Both the position numbers and the translations under genes were made by a program. A stretch of 64,000 nt of DNA from Octopus sinensis (lineage: Eukaryota). Location of the stretch: assembly GCF_006345805.1 (NCBI RefSeq), contig NW_021833019.1, positions 1-64,000 of the forward strand. Reading direction: 5' to 3'. Below are positions 11,400 to 24,578 of this stretch, piece by piece; the stretch's first letter is position 1, and every line of letters starts with the position of its first letter. The notes beneath the pieces are model-generated. The model saw only the letters and a program-made list of their open reading frames with translations, was not told where the DNA came from and made no database searches.

Positions 11400-12950
11400 T
11401 TTAGTTTAGAGGGCTCTTGTTTCCAGTGATTTGTCAAGCATATCAAAGAAGTCTTGTAGAGTAGTAAGGTTTGTGATAGCTCTGCATAATCTTCAGCTCT
11501 ATATACTTGGTCGCTGAAACAGTGGTCTGCCCAGTCATATGAGATGAACTAGCAGACCATCTGCAATCTCTCACAGTGACGTAAGTAAAAATATAAGAAG
11601 GGCTAGGATTGTTTGCAAATTTCATCTGGCATTACTGATGCTTGGAGTTTTCTGAAACATGATGAAAGGGATGTCTCTCTCTTTCCATGGAAGAACTTGA
11701 AGGCATGGATTAAGTGAAACAGAAACTTCATATCATCTCTCTAACCAGCTTGATCTACTATAACGATTTCCATTCTGGAAGGAGCCTTGGAGTTCTTCAT
11801 AACTTGTCATGAGTTCTTTGACAAGAAAATATCCGATGTTGAGTGAATTGCTTGCACTAGCTAGCTCCTCATCCATAAAAATATGCAGGATTCTGTCCAA
11901 GACATGGTGTTGGTTGCTCATGAATTGTGGCTCATCATAGCATTTGCTCAAGAAATTCTCTGCAGTCTAACCACTACCCAACTCTTTCATCCAGTATTCA
12001 CACTCGTCGTATCAGCAATAATCATTAAGATTTCACCCTAAAAGTGAAATTCACATCAAGATGCTTTTCAATCCTTCTGCAATGGTCTCGACCTTGTCAC
12101 CACACAGCTTCAGAGCAGCCAGCTTAATTCACTTGTTTTGTCTTGATGATTACCACTTGATATTCATTCCATCAATATGTTTACCATCAAAATGCAGGTC
12201 CCATTTCTGATTGCCTAGTGTATTGATCAAGTGTTTCTTCATTACACCATTGTAAAATGCCTTGCTGACTAGGAGCTGGGATATCAATGTCCTCCTCTGA
12301 CAATTCTTTGCAGATTTTCGCAGCTTTGTAGGTAGAGACATTTGTTTCAGTTACAAATCTCATACCAATTGCAGATTTATTGTTCCTTCTTGTGGAAGAA
12401 TAAGTGCCATCACTATCTATATCGCTTTGATCAACTCTGTCATTTTCACCATAATTGTACTCTTCAATCTCTTCTTCTTCAGAGTCACTGTCAGTACCAG
12501 GGTTGCTGAGTTTGATAAAGAATGGGAGGCTTCAGCATCCAAGCATCTTCTCTTGGAATTTACTTGTCGAATAACCCATTTTGCCCTGGCTTTGGAGTTG
12601 GATAGAGTAAAGCATTTTATCATCAGCATTGAGCCATTCATTGCAGACTTTGTTGATATTGAACAGTTCCTCTATAGGCTAAAATTGTCTTTTTTAGGTG
12701 CATTTGTCATACAAATGAAGCACATTTTTGAGCTTGGAAATGATTGGAAAATTCAGCTTATCTCTCCACAGTAGTGTCACCTCTTTCAATAATTCTGTCA
12801 CTCTCTTCATTCTGCCTTTAATTGATTTCCAAAAAAACTGGTACCAACCAGCACCCTTCTCCTTGAGTGGCATTTGAATTCTGCTGTTCAGTGAGGTTTC
12901 ATCTACAGACACACGACCTCTAGATGAATGGGACTGGAACAGCACCAGAT
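11400..12950 (-). mobile_element. Degraded hAT-related DNA transposase
   Basis: Minus-strand fragments WDLHFDGK, ILMIIADTTSVNTG and SNQHHVLDRIL match the HWDGK / FDTTASNTG / CRHHILEL motif series of hAT-like transposases. Confidence 0.6.
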
Positions 12951-12984
12951 GCAGTGTTTATGTAGGCAAATAAATACAAAAGCA

Positions 12985-13960
12985 CCTGGAAGCATCCCTG
13001 ATCTGGTCACTGATATATGTGGACTATGTTATAACTAAGAACAATGAATGCAGTGATTTCGGGTTCACCAGGACTCACATAACATCCAAGTGTTACTTGG
13101 ATCACAGAATGATTCACAGCAAGGTATTTGTTAATCCATATGGAAAGAGGCCACTAAAATCCAGTTTACATCCAAGAATAAACATTGCTTCTTTAAAAAA
13201 TCTAGAAATGATAAAAAATTTTGAAATACATTTAAATTCAAAGCTTACAGAAATAGAGGAATGCCTAAAAATGTGGTGGCACAAGATACATGACAGCATC
13301 AAATCATCTGCTGAAGTAGTTCTAGGATTTGTGAAGCACAAACACCAACAAGAATGATTCTCAAATTAAACCTCTCCTAGAAACTTTGCACAAGAGACAA
13401 AAGACATGGATCTCAGACAAATAATTGCCAACATCCAGATTCCTATACATCTCTAGAGAAAATCTATGCAGAAAACTGCATGAGATGAAAAGTTTGGTGG
13501 ACGAAACAAGCCCAAGAATTGGAACAGGCTGCTAACTCTCACAACTTGAGAACACTGTATAACATTCTGAAAAATGTGTTTGGTCCAAAAAAAGGTATAC
13601 AGAATATTCTCTCTAACGATGTAACACATCTCATAAGTAGGAAAGATGAAATTCTAAAAAGATTACCTGAACACTTTAAATCTGTATCAAATCAAGAATC
13701 CGCTAGCAATGCTGAAGAACTAGTGGAACATCCTTCCTTGGAAGAGACAAGTACTGTTATTGAAAAACTTTCCAATGGTAAAGATCTTGGACAAGACGAT
13801 ATCCCATAGAGGTGTACAAGCATGGTAGCAGACAAATAAATAAACTGTGCAAATTGATCTGTTTGATCTGGGAAACTGGATCTGTTCCCCAGCAGTTCAA
13901 AGATGCATGTATAATGCACCTGTACAAAAACAAAAGAAGAAGAGTCAATGTGATAATCCC
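12985..13960 (+). mobile_element. Degraded RTE LINE fragment (APE C-terminus, linker, RT start), a different family from 8322-9820
   Basis: WSLIYVDYVI..CYLDHRMI (APE end), EILKRLPEHFKSV, LSNGKDLGQDDIP, LIWETGSVPQQFKDACIMHLYKNK. Confidence 0.8.
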
Positions 13961-15791
13961 CTTTTCCAATAGAAGAATAAAGATAATCAAAAGAAAGGAG
14001 AAATGTGATGTTATTGGCAAGCTATTCTAGTATAATTTATTTTATTGATACCTGTTGGATTAAAGTTAAAGCTGACTTTTGTGAGATTTGAACTCAGAAT
14101 GCAGAGGAACATAACTAAATAGAACAAAGCATTTAGTCTGGCACTCCATTCTGGACATAATTTTTGGAACAACTGTCCTTCAAAGTTCCATACCTCATGG
14201 AAAAAGAAAAGTGAGATGGGCAGGTTTCCTTCATTTTGTTTTTAATCTTTTTATGTTTCATACAATGGAAAATTTCCTCACAATTTCTGTCTTTCACATC
14301 CCACCCCTCAATTCTATGCCCTTTTTTCCTTCCATATCATTTAGGAAATAATTTTGATTCTGGTTCATTCTGCCAGCTTCATTTCCATGGGGTTTATTAT
14401 TTCTACCTCAGCTGGATCCAAACACCTACCATTACATTACTTGCCCACCACGTGTACAGTTTTGCTTCTACACCTCTGACAGGTTTGTGGGAGGGGTACA
14501 CGACCAGGTGATTAATAAGTTCACATCATAATCCTGACATGTTAGTATTGAGTTCAATCTAACTCCATCACACCTTGAGCAAGAATCTTTCAGCCTAGTT
14601 TTGGTTTGATCTTTTTTTTATATTTTGTCTTCTACCTATGTTTGTTTGAAAAAGGGACATTGCCTATGCCCTTCACAGACCATCTGGATGAATGAGGTTA
14701 ATGATAAGGCCATTGATGTGCCTTGTGAACCTTCATAAACCAACATTTGTGGGAAAGATATGAGCAGGGAAGGATTTCTTGAGGGAAACCACCATTTTGG
14801 GGAGGAAAAACTGAGCATAGCCATAAGTATGAGGCCTTTTAGGTAGGGCTGGATGGGGTTGGACATAAGAGGGATGATGAGAAGAGAAGAGGCAAATGGG
14901 ATGGGAACGTTTGAGAGGAGGTGGGGTGAGCTCAGCTAGCTGCAAGGAGCAGAAGCCATATAGTACAGTAGAAATGACAGAGAGAGGGGACAGAAAATGT
15001 CTGGGCATCAGACAATGGAGCACATCTAGGAGTGACTTTATAATTTATTGCATCCACCTCTGTTTTCAAAATCTCCTTCAGAGTGGTACAATTAAATGGC
15101 TTGAATGTGGATGTGGCTATTCAAAGCAACAGTAAAAACAGAAAAACACAGAAAAATTTCATGAAATATATGTAAAATATATATGAAAAATATATAAAAG
15201 AATAAGTAAAATATTTAAAAAATTGGCGAAAAACATTTACAATAAAATTCTAATTGATAGATATAAATCTTCCAGAAAATTAAAAAAAAACAGTGATATA
15301 TACAAACAAAACATGTCGATGAAGTGAATCTCATTGTGTAAGAATCAGCACAATGTGTGTTTAACATGATAACTGGCTGTTAATGCCTCACTGTCTGTTG
15401 ATTGGCTAAAATTGATCAGATTTTCCCAACTTTAATTCCAAATAACATCAGGTTCTTTAATTTATGAGATAAAGTAATTAGTTGAGCATAATCAAAATTC
15501 AGAACAGTATCGATACACCAAAATTGAAAACAAGCTGAGCAAAGTTAAAGGGAGCTGATTTTGTGAATGAAACTAACTAGATCCTAGACATTTAATTGTT
15601 AAAGTGGAAAAATTATCAAAAACGCCATTTCTATTCAGATTTTCAAATATATAATACTGTACCAATGGCTTTCTGTTTCTTATTCTACTATATATATATA
15701 TATAACTGCTACATTCTGTGTATCATCAAAATATTTAAAATATCCTCTCCAAACAATAAATATGCCTATTTTTAAAATTAATTTCTTGATG

Positions 15792-15851
15792 CTGTGGAAG
15801 AACAATGTGCTGAGGTTAGCGAGCCAAAATATTTAGAAATGGGACAACGAA
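15792..15851 (+). pseudogene. Mini-exon A3 (xVEEQCAEVSEPKYLEMGQR), canonical acceptor lost
   Basis: The acceptor position reads gaTG instead of gaAG, first Tyr is now Cys, donor GTAAGT intact. An in-frame AG 9 nt downstream could give a 51-nt exon. Confidence 0.5.
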
Positions 15852-16106
15852 GTAAGTACAATCAATATTGTTAGTACACAGCATGATCTTAGAACCTATC
15901 TTTAAAATAGACAGACAGCTAACTATTACGAAATATGTCACTCTAACTTTTGTCTATTAATATGCATGTACATGCAATTTATGTTTGTGTGAGTGTGTTT
16001 GAGTCTATCACATTAGTATTTATCATGGTAGAATCAGTACACAGCTATCTTCATTTAAATATTATTTATAGCCATGCTATTTGTTCTTTTTTTTCATTTC
16101 TTAAAG

Positions 16107-16148
16107 GCACGGATGGTACTTACATTAACGCTTCAAATAAACCTGTTG
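16107..16148 (+). CDS. Host-gene mini-exon B3 (42 nt): GTDGTYINASNKPV
   Basis: tttcttaaAG acceptor, GTAAGT donor, phase 1-1, YxN retained. Confidence 0.7.
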
Positions 16149-16394
16149 GTAAGTATATAAGCAATTTATTAACAAAAAAATTACTTTCATTAGAGCAAGA
16201 TTAGCAAATAGTTTGGCTCATTCTTTCTTTGAGTAGAATACGCAGCTTAATATATATGTATGATTGAAATTAAAACTTTGAAGATGCTAAAATTTCATTG
16301 CATATATAATAAACTTCTGCTGATGATAAATATACATATTACATATATGTTTAAAAATCTCATCACGCAATCAAACCAATGAAAGAATCTTTAT

Positions 16395-17218
16395 CTGGTC
16401 GCTCAACATGCTAAAAATAGCAGCCAAAGTATCCCCCTTCCTAAATCACACGTGCAAATATTCTTTATTATATTCAAAACACTGATGCAAATTTAGAAAG
16501 GATTATTGGTGGAAGATTTAATGATAGAAGCCAACAATGTGCTCATGAATTTTGGAAAGAAATTTATCTTTATTTTCAAATGTAATTTCAACAAAAGTTT
16601 ACATTCATCAAATATGACACTGCTAGATGCATTAGATTGCATCAACATACTTGCAACATATTTATAAATATAATTTGCAACTGCAATACAGTTGTTTGTG
16701 GTAGACAATCACAACTACCTATTGATTTAAAAGAAGAATTGTTTCTGTAACCAATTAATGGTCCTCGACAATTTAAATTTTTGATTACTAAAATCACAAC
16801 ATATTCACTTACAAAAAATTGTGAAACATGTTCACTCAATACTGAACATGAAATTACTTCCAGAAATTGAATCCTCCTGAATTTAAATATCTTGTTATTC
16901 AAATTAATAGATTTTTATTAATCAAAATTTTAATATGGAAGAAAGAATTAAATGTGATATAATGAACTTCTGATCAAAAAGGCAGCAAATATTTGGCACA
17001 AATTTTCCTCTAAAAGCTGCTGTTATTCATAGAGGACCAACATCTAGAGCAGGCCACACTGATTAAAACTAGAGATGATATTTGGGATGAAATCAATGAC
17101 AACATCATTACAAAAAGACATACTAAATTTCCTCCCAAATTGCCTGACATTGTTTTATCATTTATGGAAAAAAAATGTAAACAAATTAAAAAACAAAATT
17201 CAGTGGAATTGTAACTAA
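16395..17218 (+). pseudogene. Intronless ubiquitin-specific protease (peptidase C19/UCH) pseudogene, copy 1
   Basis: Cys-box-like GRSTC(frameshift)NSS at ~16397-16422, QQCAHEF at 16532, CETC..P.FKYLVIQINRF, His box AAVIHRGPTSRAGH at ~17015-17057, then IKTRDDIWDEINDNII and VLSFMEK. Stops and frameshifts present. Confidence 0.8.
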
Positions 17219-17704
17219 AAATTAAATTTAAGACGAAGATTGTATGATTGATTAATGATTATTTAGGAACCAAATTCATAAATAGAAAAAAGTAACAACA
17301 AGAACATTTTCTTAAATTTGGAAATTAAAAATAGTTTTTTTGGTTTATAAAATGGTTTTAATTTATGAAAAACCAAATATTTGCATAAAATTGACAGTAC
17401 AATAGTAGTCATTTTTTATTGCAAAATTAGGTTACATAAGAGTGATCTGGTAACTGATGGTTTTGGGTCTTGTTGTTTGTAACATTTGGTGAGCCATTGT
17501 GCAACCAACAACATAGTAAAAATCCCAGCCATTAATTCAATCAAAACATATATTTAAATTAAACATGAAAAAATTGAAATATTATCATCACTTACATGGA
17601 AAAATTGAAATATTATCTTTGAGTATTTTATAAGGTAAAATCTTAAATTATTAACTGACACATTATTAATTAACTTATAACAGCAATGCATGGAAAAATC
17701 ATGG

Positions 17705-18224
17705 ATTACATGGAAAAATGCGAGCATGCAAAGTAATATTCTTAAGATTATAAACCTGGAAAAGTCCAGGACAAGTTATTACACATTTAAAAGTATAGGA
17801 CAAACTATTACTTCAAGTAAAGTAAAGAATAAGAAACTTTTTACTTAAAACATTGCCACTAAAATTAAAATTTGAGTATTAAAAATCATTTTTTATAGTT
17901 TACAAATAACACTATACCTATTTAAATAGAATTTGGCTAATTTACTACCTTAAATACAGAAAAAAGTGACTAATTAGACAAACTTATAAATTAGATCAAC
18001 AGTTTTGTACAATAAATTTAAAAGATGAAAACTGTGAAGAGTGATAAATTAGAAGAAATGACATTCTTTGCTACAATATTTTAAGGAAAAAGTTGCTTAT
18101 TCTTTACTTTACTTGAAGTAATAGTTTATCCTGTACTTTCACAGGTGTAATAACTTGTCCTATACTTTTCCAGGTTTATAATCTTAAGAATATTACTTTT
18201 CATGCTCACATTTTTCCATGTAAT
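17705..18224. mobile_element. MITE-like element with ~150-bp terminal inverted repeats
   Basis: 17705-17854 (attacatggaaaaatgcgagcatg...) is the inverted copy of 18074-18224. The CATGGAAAAAT end motif also recurs at ~17563, 17594 and 17689. Confidence 0.8.
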
Positions 18225-18322
18225 ATATGTATATATATATTTATATATATATATACACTGCTAACATATTTTAGATATTATTTATAGCCATGTTACATAT
18301 TTATTTTTTTAATTTCTTAAAG

Positions 18323-18364
18323 ACTTGGATGATGCTTATGTTAATGTTTTGAAGAAACCTAGTG
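18323..18364 (+). CDS. Host-gene mini-exon B4 (42 nt): DLDDAYVNVLKKPS
   Basis: tttcttaaAG acceptor, GTAAGT donor, phase 1-1, YVNV. Flanking intron is homologous to that of B1. Confidence 0.75.
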
Positions 18365-18853
18365 GTAAGTATATAAGCAATCCATTAATAAAATTATATT
18401 CATTTATCATCCCTGTCATTGGAATCAGTCCTGGTAAAGTTAGTAAAAAGTTTGGCTCATTCCTTGAGTGGAATATGCTGCTTAATAGTATATATATGCA
18501 TGTATTTAAAGAAAACCATTAAAATGTTAAAATTCAACTGCATATAAGCTGCATCTTCTAGACATTCATATTAATTCCATAATTGTGCACTTCTATTAAT
18601 CCTTACAATAGTATAGTTCATGTGTATATTTTTTGTAAGCTCTATTAAGCTCTACACAAATAAAGCAAATACTGATAAAACTAGTATTGAGATTACTAGA
18701 CATGAAGCATAATGTATAGAGCAAATTTGCAATGGTGAATGTTTCACATCTTGATCAGAAACTGTTTTGAGTACCCACAATCAGTCCTGCTCATGGACAC
18801 CACTGACATGAAAGTAACATTGGAAGATAGTGAATGACTTCTCTTAATGGTAA

Positions 18854-19410
18854 CATCATCATCATCGTTTAACGTCTGCTTTCCATGCTAGCATGGTTTC
18901 TACGATTTGACTGAGGACTGGCGAATCAGATGGCTACACTAGGCTCCAATCTGATCTGGCAAAGTTTCTACAGCTGGATGCCCTTCCTAATACCAACCAC
19001 TCTGAGAGTGTAGTGGGTGCTTTTATGTGCCACCGGCACGAGGGCCAGTCAGGCAGTAATGGCAATGGCCACTCTCAAATGGTGTTTTTTACATACCACC
19101 TGCACTGGGAACGACCTCCTCAAATGTTTTTTTCACATGCCACCAGCACAAGTGCCAGTAAGGCAACACTGGTAGCGATCACGCATGAATGGCACTTTTT
19201 ACATGCCACTGGCATGGAAGCCAGTTATGTACTCTGGTAACGATCATGCTCGGATGGTGCTCTTAGCAATCCACTAGCATGGATGCCAGTCATCGAATTT
19301 TATTTCAATTTCGATTTGCCTCAACAGGTCTTCACAAGCAGAGTTTAGTGTCCAATTAAGGGAAGGTACCATAAGTGAGCTGGTTACACCCCTGGCATAG
19401 GCCACGAGGT
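18854..19410 (-). mobile_element. RTE LINE 3' UTR fragment with (GAT)n tail
   Basis: Reverse complement of the 3' end at 9580-9820. A shorter duplicate lies at ~33537-33950. Confidence 0.88.
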
Positions 19411-20899
19411 TATTTAAACATTAATATGTTTAAATTATCAATAAAATATATTTGAATGACTGATATAGTAGAATACCATATTAAAACTTGAAATTTAGTC
19501 CCACTCTATTCTGAGCTCAAATACCACTGATGTCCGTTTTATCTTTCATCTTTTTCTGATCTACACAATAAATTTCAGTGATCTACTAGGTTGATTTTGC
19601 ATGCTAATTTTTATTCACTGAGAAAACTGATTATTTTTAATATTGATTATATAATTTCACTTTTTGTTTTTGTTGGGCTTTGTAATGTATTGCATATATT
19701 ATATACTCTGTATTTTATACCCAGCTGTTGTATTCTACACCTCTACAAACTAAAAGTTGCAACCCTATTGACATTTACGAAAACAACAAAGAAATGAGAT
19801 AAATCTGTAAGTTGTTAAATGAAGATATTGTCTTAAAACATATTTATTTTGAAATAAGTTTTTCTAATGACCATTCATGCTTTGTTTTCTTGAAAGCAGA
19901 TAGTGTCAGAATAGTTGAGGTATGATTAAGTTCTTCTTTCATTTTGTAAGTATTGTTATTCATGAATTTAATACTGCATTTAAAGTCAAGCTATTTTATT
20001 GGTTTTACTTCTTTCGTAATATTTCCTTAATGAAGATGTCATGTATTGAAAACCATCTCTCAAATATGTTCTGGAAGTATAACAGTACGTTCAAAAATAT
20101 CCTAAACTTATATTAACAGTTTCTTATATTCTCTTGAATTCTAACCTGATTATATCCATATGGAGAACATGGGTATATAAAATAATGCAAGTAATAGTAA
20201 ACTAAAATCTAAGCCTATGAAAGAAGAAACTATTTATACTTATATTTCTCTGAATTATATATAATAAATAAATTTGTCTCTTTTTATCTTTTTCTTAGTT
20301 ATGATTATATATATACAGGATTTGTGCACTATCATTTCATCCATATTCATTGGTGAAGCTTGGATTTTCTATATATTTCTAAAAATACTTATGGAATTAG
20401 AGGAATTAGATTTAATTTATTCTCATCATTTTATGTACCTAAATTTATCTTTAAGAAATAAGAATTTTTCATTCACTATATAGTTCTGATATTACATATA
20501 GATATTTAAGTTTTTATTAATTTGCTTAAATTCTTATTAAGTTTTTTGATATTATTTACTTAAATTCTCAGACACTCAGTTACTAAATTGGCTTGCTACC
20601 TGTCTTTGTTTAAACTCTGCATGAGTTTCTGAACTTACAAAATGGAAACATACAACCATGAATTCTTTCACCGCTAAGCATTCATATGTGTTTCAACTTG
20701 AAGTTCTTCAGAAATGGAAACCTGTAAAGCATCTTGCAATTAGAACCAATAACTTAATCTTGTTAAAGATCACCAAAACACAACACTGCACATCTCAAAA
20801 AAATATCTATTACACCTTTTTCTCTCATGAATATTAAAACTTTATGTAAATTCTAACACTCTTCATATATTTTTCACTGATACTCCAACTATCCAAACT

Positions 20900-21700
20900 T
20901 CAGTGCCAAACAACTGACAATAAACAACCATTACAAAGAAAATTTGCTCTCATCCCCACATCAGAATCGTACTCTAAACTCCCCTGACAGTTGCTGCAAA
21001 ATCTACCAAACCAGAAAATCATCTTGGAGAGAGCTGATAGTTATTGGTACAGAAAACACATGTTCTATAGGAAAACCCATGAAAAACTGTTCAAAGGAAC
21101 AATTAACACTGAAATTAATGTACTAGATTGACAGACAGTTGCACATACAACACTAGTTGCAAAACACGAGGAGCATATGACCAAAAACTACAAGCTCATA
21201 GCATACTTGGAGGTTATATATGAATTATATAGTTTTCTTGAATGCATTCCTTCACGTTCACTGTGGAATAAGCAATATGGTGGCTGAAGAGTGGGCAAGA
21301 GGAAAGAAAGGAGTCTTAGGCTGGGATGAACAGCTTCTTATAAACCTTCCTTAAGATAACAAAACAGCATTGCTAAAACTTATTGACTGTATGGCTAGAC
21401 TCTAAGAAGTTGTTTGATTCTGCTTATTACTTATGGATAAGAGAGTCACCTCATTTTGTTGAGGTTCTAAATGATATATTCATTGTTATTAAGGAACTGA
21501 CAACATCATGGTCCACAAGAACTATCAATAAGAACTGGAGCTACCACTAGAGTCACTAACAAAGTTATATTATCTACAGGAATATTTCAGGGTGACAGCT
21601 CATCTGTAATGCTTTTCATCCTAACAGCGAACCATTTGTCAGCCTTTAAAGGATTACATGATAGGATCTGCACCCACATCTTTTTTGTTTATAACCTTAC
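20900..21700 (+). mobile_element. Degraded R2/R4-group (RLE-type) non-LTR retrotransposon RT remnant
   Basis: G..GWDEQLLIN, WLDSKKLFDS (cf. WIDYKKAFDS), GIFQGDSSSVMLFILTANHLS. Duplicate at ~35300-36090. Confidence 0.7.
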
Positions 21701-21863
21701 TACTACTACTACTACTTCCAATCATTTTAGTATTTAAGTAAGCATACTCTAATATTCAATTATTTTTCTGCAAAGCATGTAATTACTTTCAAAATTACCA
21801 AGCATCAAATAACTGTTTAAGAGATCAGGATCTCATGTGCATTTTTATTCTTTCATTTTGTAG

Positions 21864-21874
21864 GTTACCAATGA
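21864..21874 (+). CDS. Candidate last coding exon of the Tyr-motif gene (phase 1: G-Y-Q-stop)
   Basis: Strong acceptor tttttattctttcattttgtAG|GTTACCAATGA. The duplicate at 36255 has a synonymous CAA>CAG. No donor follows, and AATAAA occurs at ~22846 and ~22897. Tentative. Confidence 0.3.
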
Positions 21875-23330
21875 AGGTCTATGTTCTACAGATGAACAAA
21901 AGGAACCTAGAACCTTCCAGAACTGAATGAAACCTTGTGAGCAACCAATCAGTCTCTTTGTCATCATTTCATGGACACTTTTGCAAGCACTGAAGATTTG
22001 AACTAAATATCTGATACTACCATAAAATTATTGATTTCTGTTATATGCTATAACTGCTTTGTTTTTGTATATAATTCATTGACAATTTCTTGATTTATCT
22101 TCAGTCTTTATAAATGTCTATCTATAACTAAACATTTGCATCAATGAAGTAAACCCAGTTAAATTTCAGTATTTCTTTCCTCTTATATGAGTCATCATCA
22201 TTTAAACACAGTATGGATATTTAGCAACATAGTTATGAATATCATTGATTTTTGGAACATATTTTAGAATAATCTCTTGAAAAAAAATTAAGAATTTGTA
22301 TTCATGCCAATTTTCTACAAATGACCAACAATTATGATTTGGGTTTTTCCACATTAAACATATTCTTGAAACCATTTACAACTTCATGATTAAAATTTGT
22401 GGTGTTCACTTTACAAAAGTTCATTATATACTTTGTTATTTTACTGCATTGAAATCAGTGTATTCAGATTTCATTCTGTCACATTTATACATACATAAAT
22501 TCAGAATTATAATCCTTGATATTATCAAGTTTTAAATTCAATCTTTTCAGCCCTTTTAAATCCAAGGTCATTTTTTTAAATACTAAAATTATGTGTACTA
22601 GAATTCATTTTTCTTCTTGGTGATTGTGAAACTATGTGTTTTTTATACCCACATTTAACCATTCTTTCTATAAAGAAATACTTATATGCTATACCATTAT
22701 AATATACTTACTAAAAGATCACTGTACATATATGGAATTCTTCCAACAATAATGCATGTTAGAGATGTTCCAATGTTAAGTCTGTCATTGCTTGTGAACA
22801 GTTATCACATTGTTCCTACAAAAGTGCTTGATTATTCTTGTCTTAAATAAATACCTTGAAATATTTAATTTCTTACCAATTCTATTTTTCTATTCAAATA
22901 AATATGGATTATTGTGCATTTTAATTAGTAATTTTATCACTATTTCAGCAAGTACTATCAAGGCTAGTCTTTGCTAATAAGGTCATAAATAAGCCAAAAT
23001 ATATTCAGAGCTGATAAAAATATCAAAATATTATCATTAATTAATATCATGATGTTTTTAGCTGCTTATTTATTTCTAGTTTATTTTCTAACTCTCTATG
23101 CATTAAATATGTTATAACTAGCTTTTCTTTGTTTTCGTACCTAAAAACTATCTCACAGACATCAAGCTAAGTTACGAGAAGTTAATAGAAGTCAAATGCA
23201 CTTATGAACAATTCGTATCATATCCTAAGACAGACAAAGATTTGTTCCTTTTTTAATAATATTACATAAGAATGTAAATACTGGCTTTTCAAGAACAGTT
23301 AATTTCCTTTTGTTATAATTTAGTCAATTC

Positions 23331-23388
<58 letters not shown>

Positions 23389-24324
23389 GTGCATGTGTGT
23401 GTGTGTGTGTGTAAAACAGGCTTAAAGTAAGGTATAAATTAAAAATACTAAATTTGTATTTTTTTGTAAGATACATAATTTTTCTTCTTGTGTATCTATT
23501 CAGGCGGTCTAAGGTTTATGTAATCTATTAGAAACTCTTACCCTTTCACACTGTCTCATTTTCTTATCTTTTCATTTTCATTTTCTTCATTGTTACTTTT
23601 TCATTTTCTCATGTCTTGTTCAATAAATGCTTTTGACTTCTATTAATTTCTCTTAATTTAGCTTAGTGTCCCCTATTTTTTCTTCAATTTTATGTACATT
23701 TTTTCATACATTGTTATGAGCCTTACTCATTGATATAACACAATGTCTGCAGTAAGATTTGAATTCATGACAAAGTGTTCACTACTTCAGTACTTTTACT
23801 TTTATATCTACTTTTCTTAACCCTAATTTTGCTAACCGCTTTTATTATCGCTATGATTTTAACTCAGTAAATAAAGATGAATTATACATTCTTTAAGTGT
23901 TATTTTATCTTTTCTATTAACCATTTCATTAGAATTTGATTTAACTTTCTTCTAAGAAGCAAGAACATTCAAATCCAAATTGTTAGAACGTGTATTTGTA
24001 AAAGAAACCGAACTTATAGTTTTATTCTCATAAAATTACTTCACTCTCTTTTACATAGGTAAATTGCATGTGCAAATATTTATTCAGATCCAGTATTATT
24101 CCTCTTATATCTTACTACAAAATGAATAAATGAATTGTTATAAGAATGATATTGTTTTTGTGCTTCAATTGGATGAAAGGGTGTGTTCCTGGCCTGTGTA
24201 GACTCTCAAAAGTTGTAAAATTGATGAGTTTATATGCAGCTTGTACATCAGTATGTCAATATATAAGATAGACAGGCATGAAAGAAATTCCAGAGTGTTG
24301 ACTTTCTAAGGAAGAAGGAGTGGG

Positions 24325-24349
24325 TGTATATATATATATTATATATATA

Positions 24350-24398
<49 letters not shown>

Positions 24399-24578
24399 CA
24401 TATATATAATATATATATATATATATTACATTTATATATATATATATATATATATACATATATATATACATTTATATATATATATATAATATATATATAT
24501 ATATATAATATATATATAACATATTATATATACATATATATATAATATATATAATATATATATACATATATATATACA
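24325..24578. repeat. (TA)n microsatellite
   Basis: Imperfect TA tract at the 5' flank of the CR1 LINE. Confidence 0.97.

Noticed and set aside
14170-15040. Purine-rich stretch with faint Penelope-like RT resemblance on the minus strand
   Set aside because: Motif matches (e.g. GLILMAMLSFSSP, RHINGLI) are too weak to call without a search.
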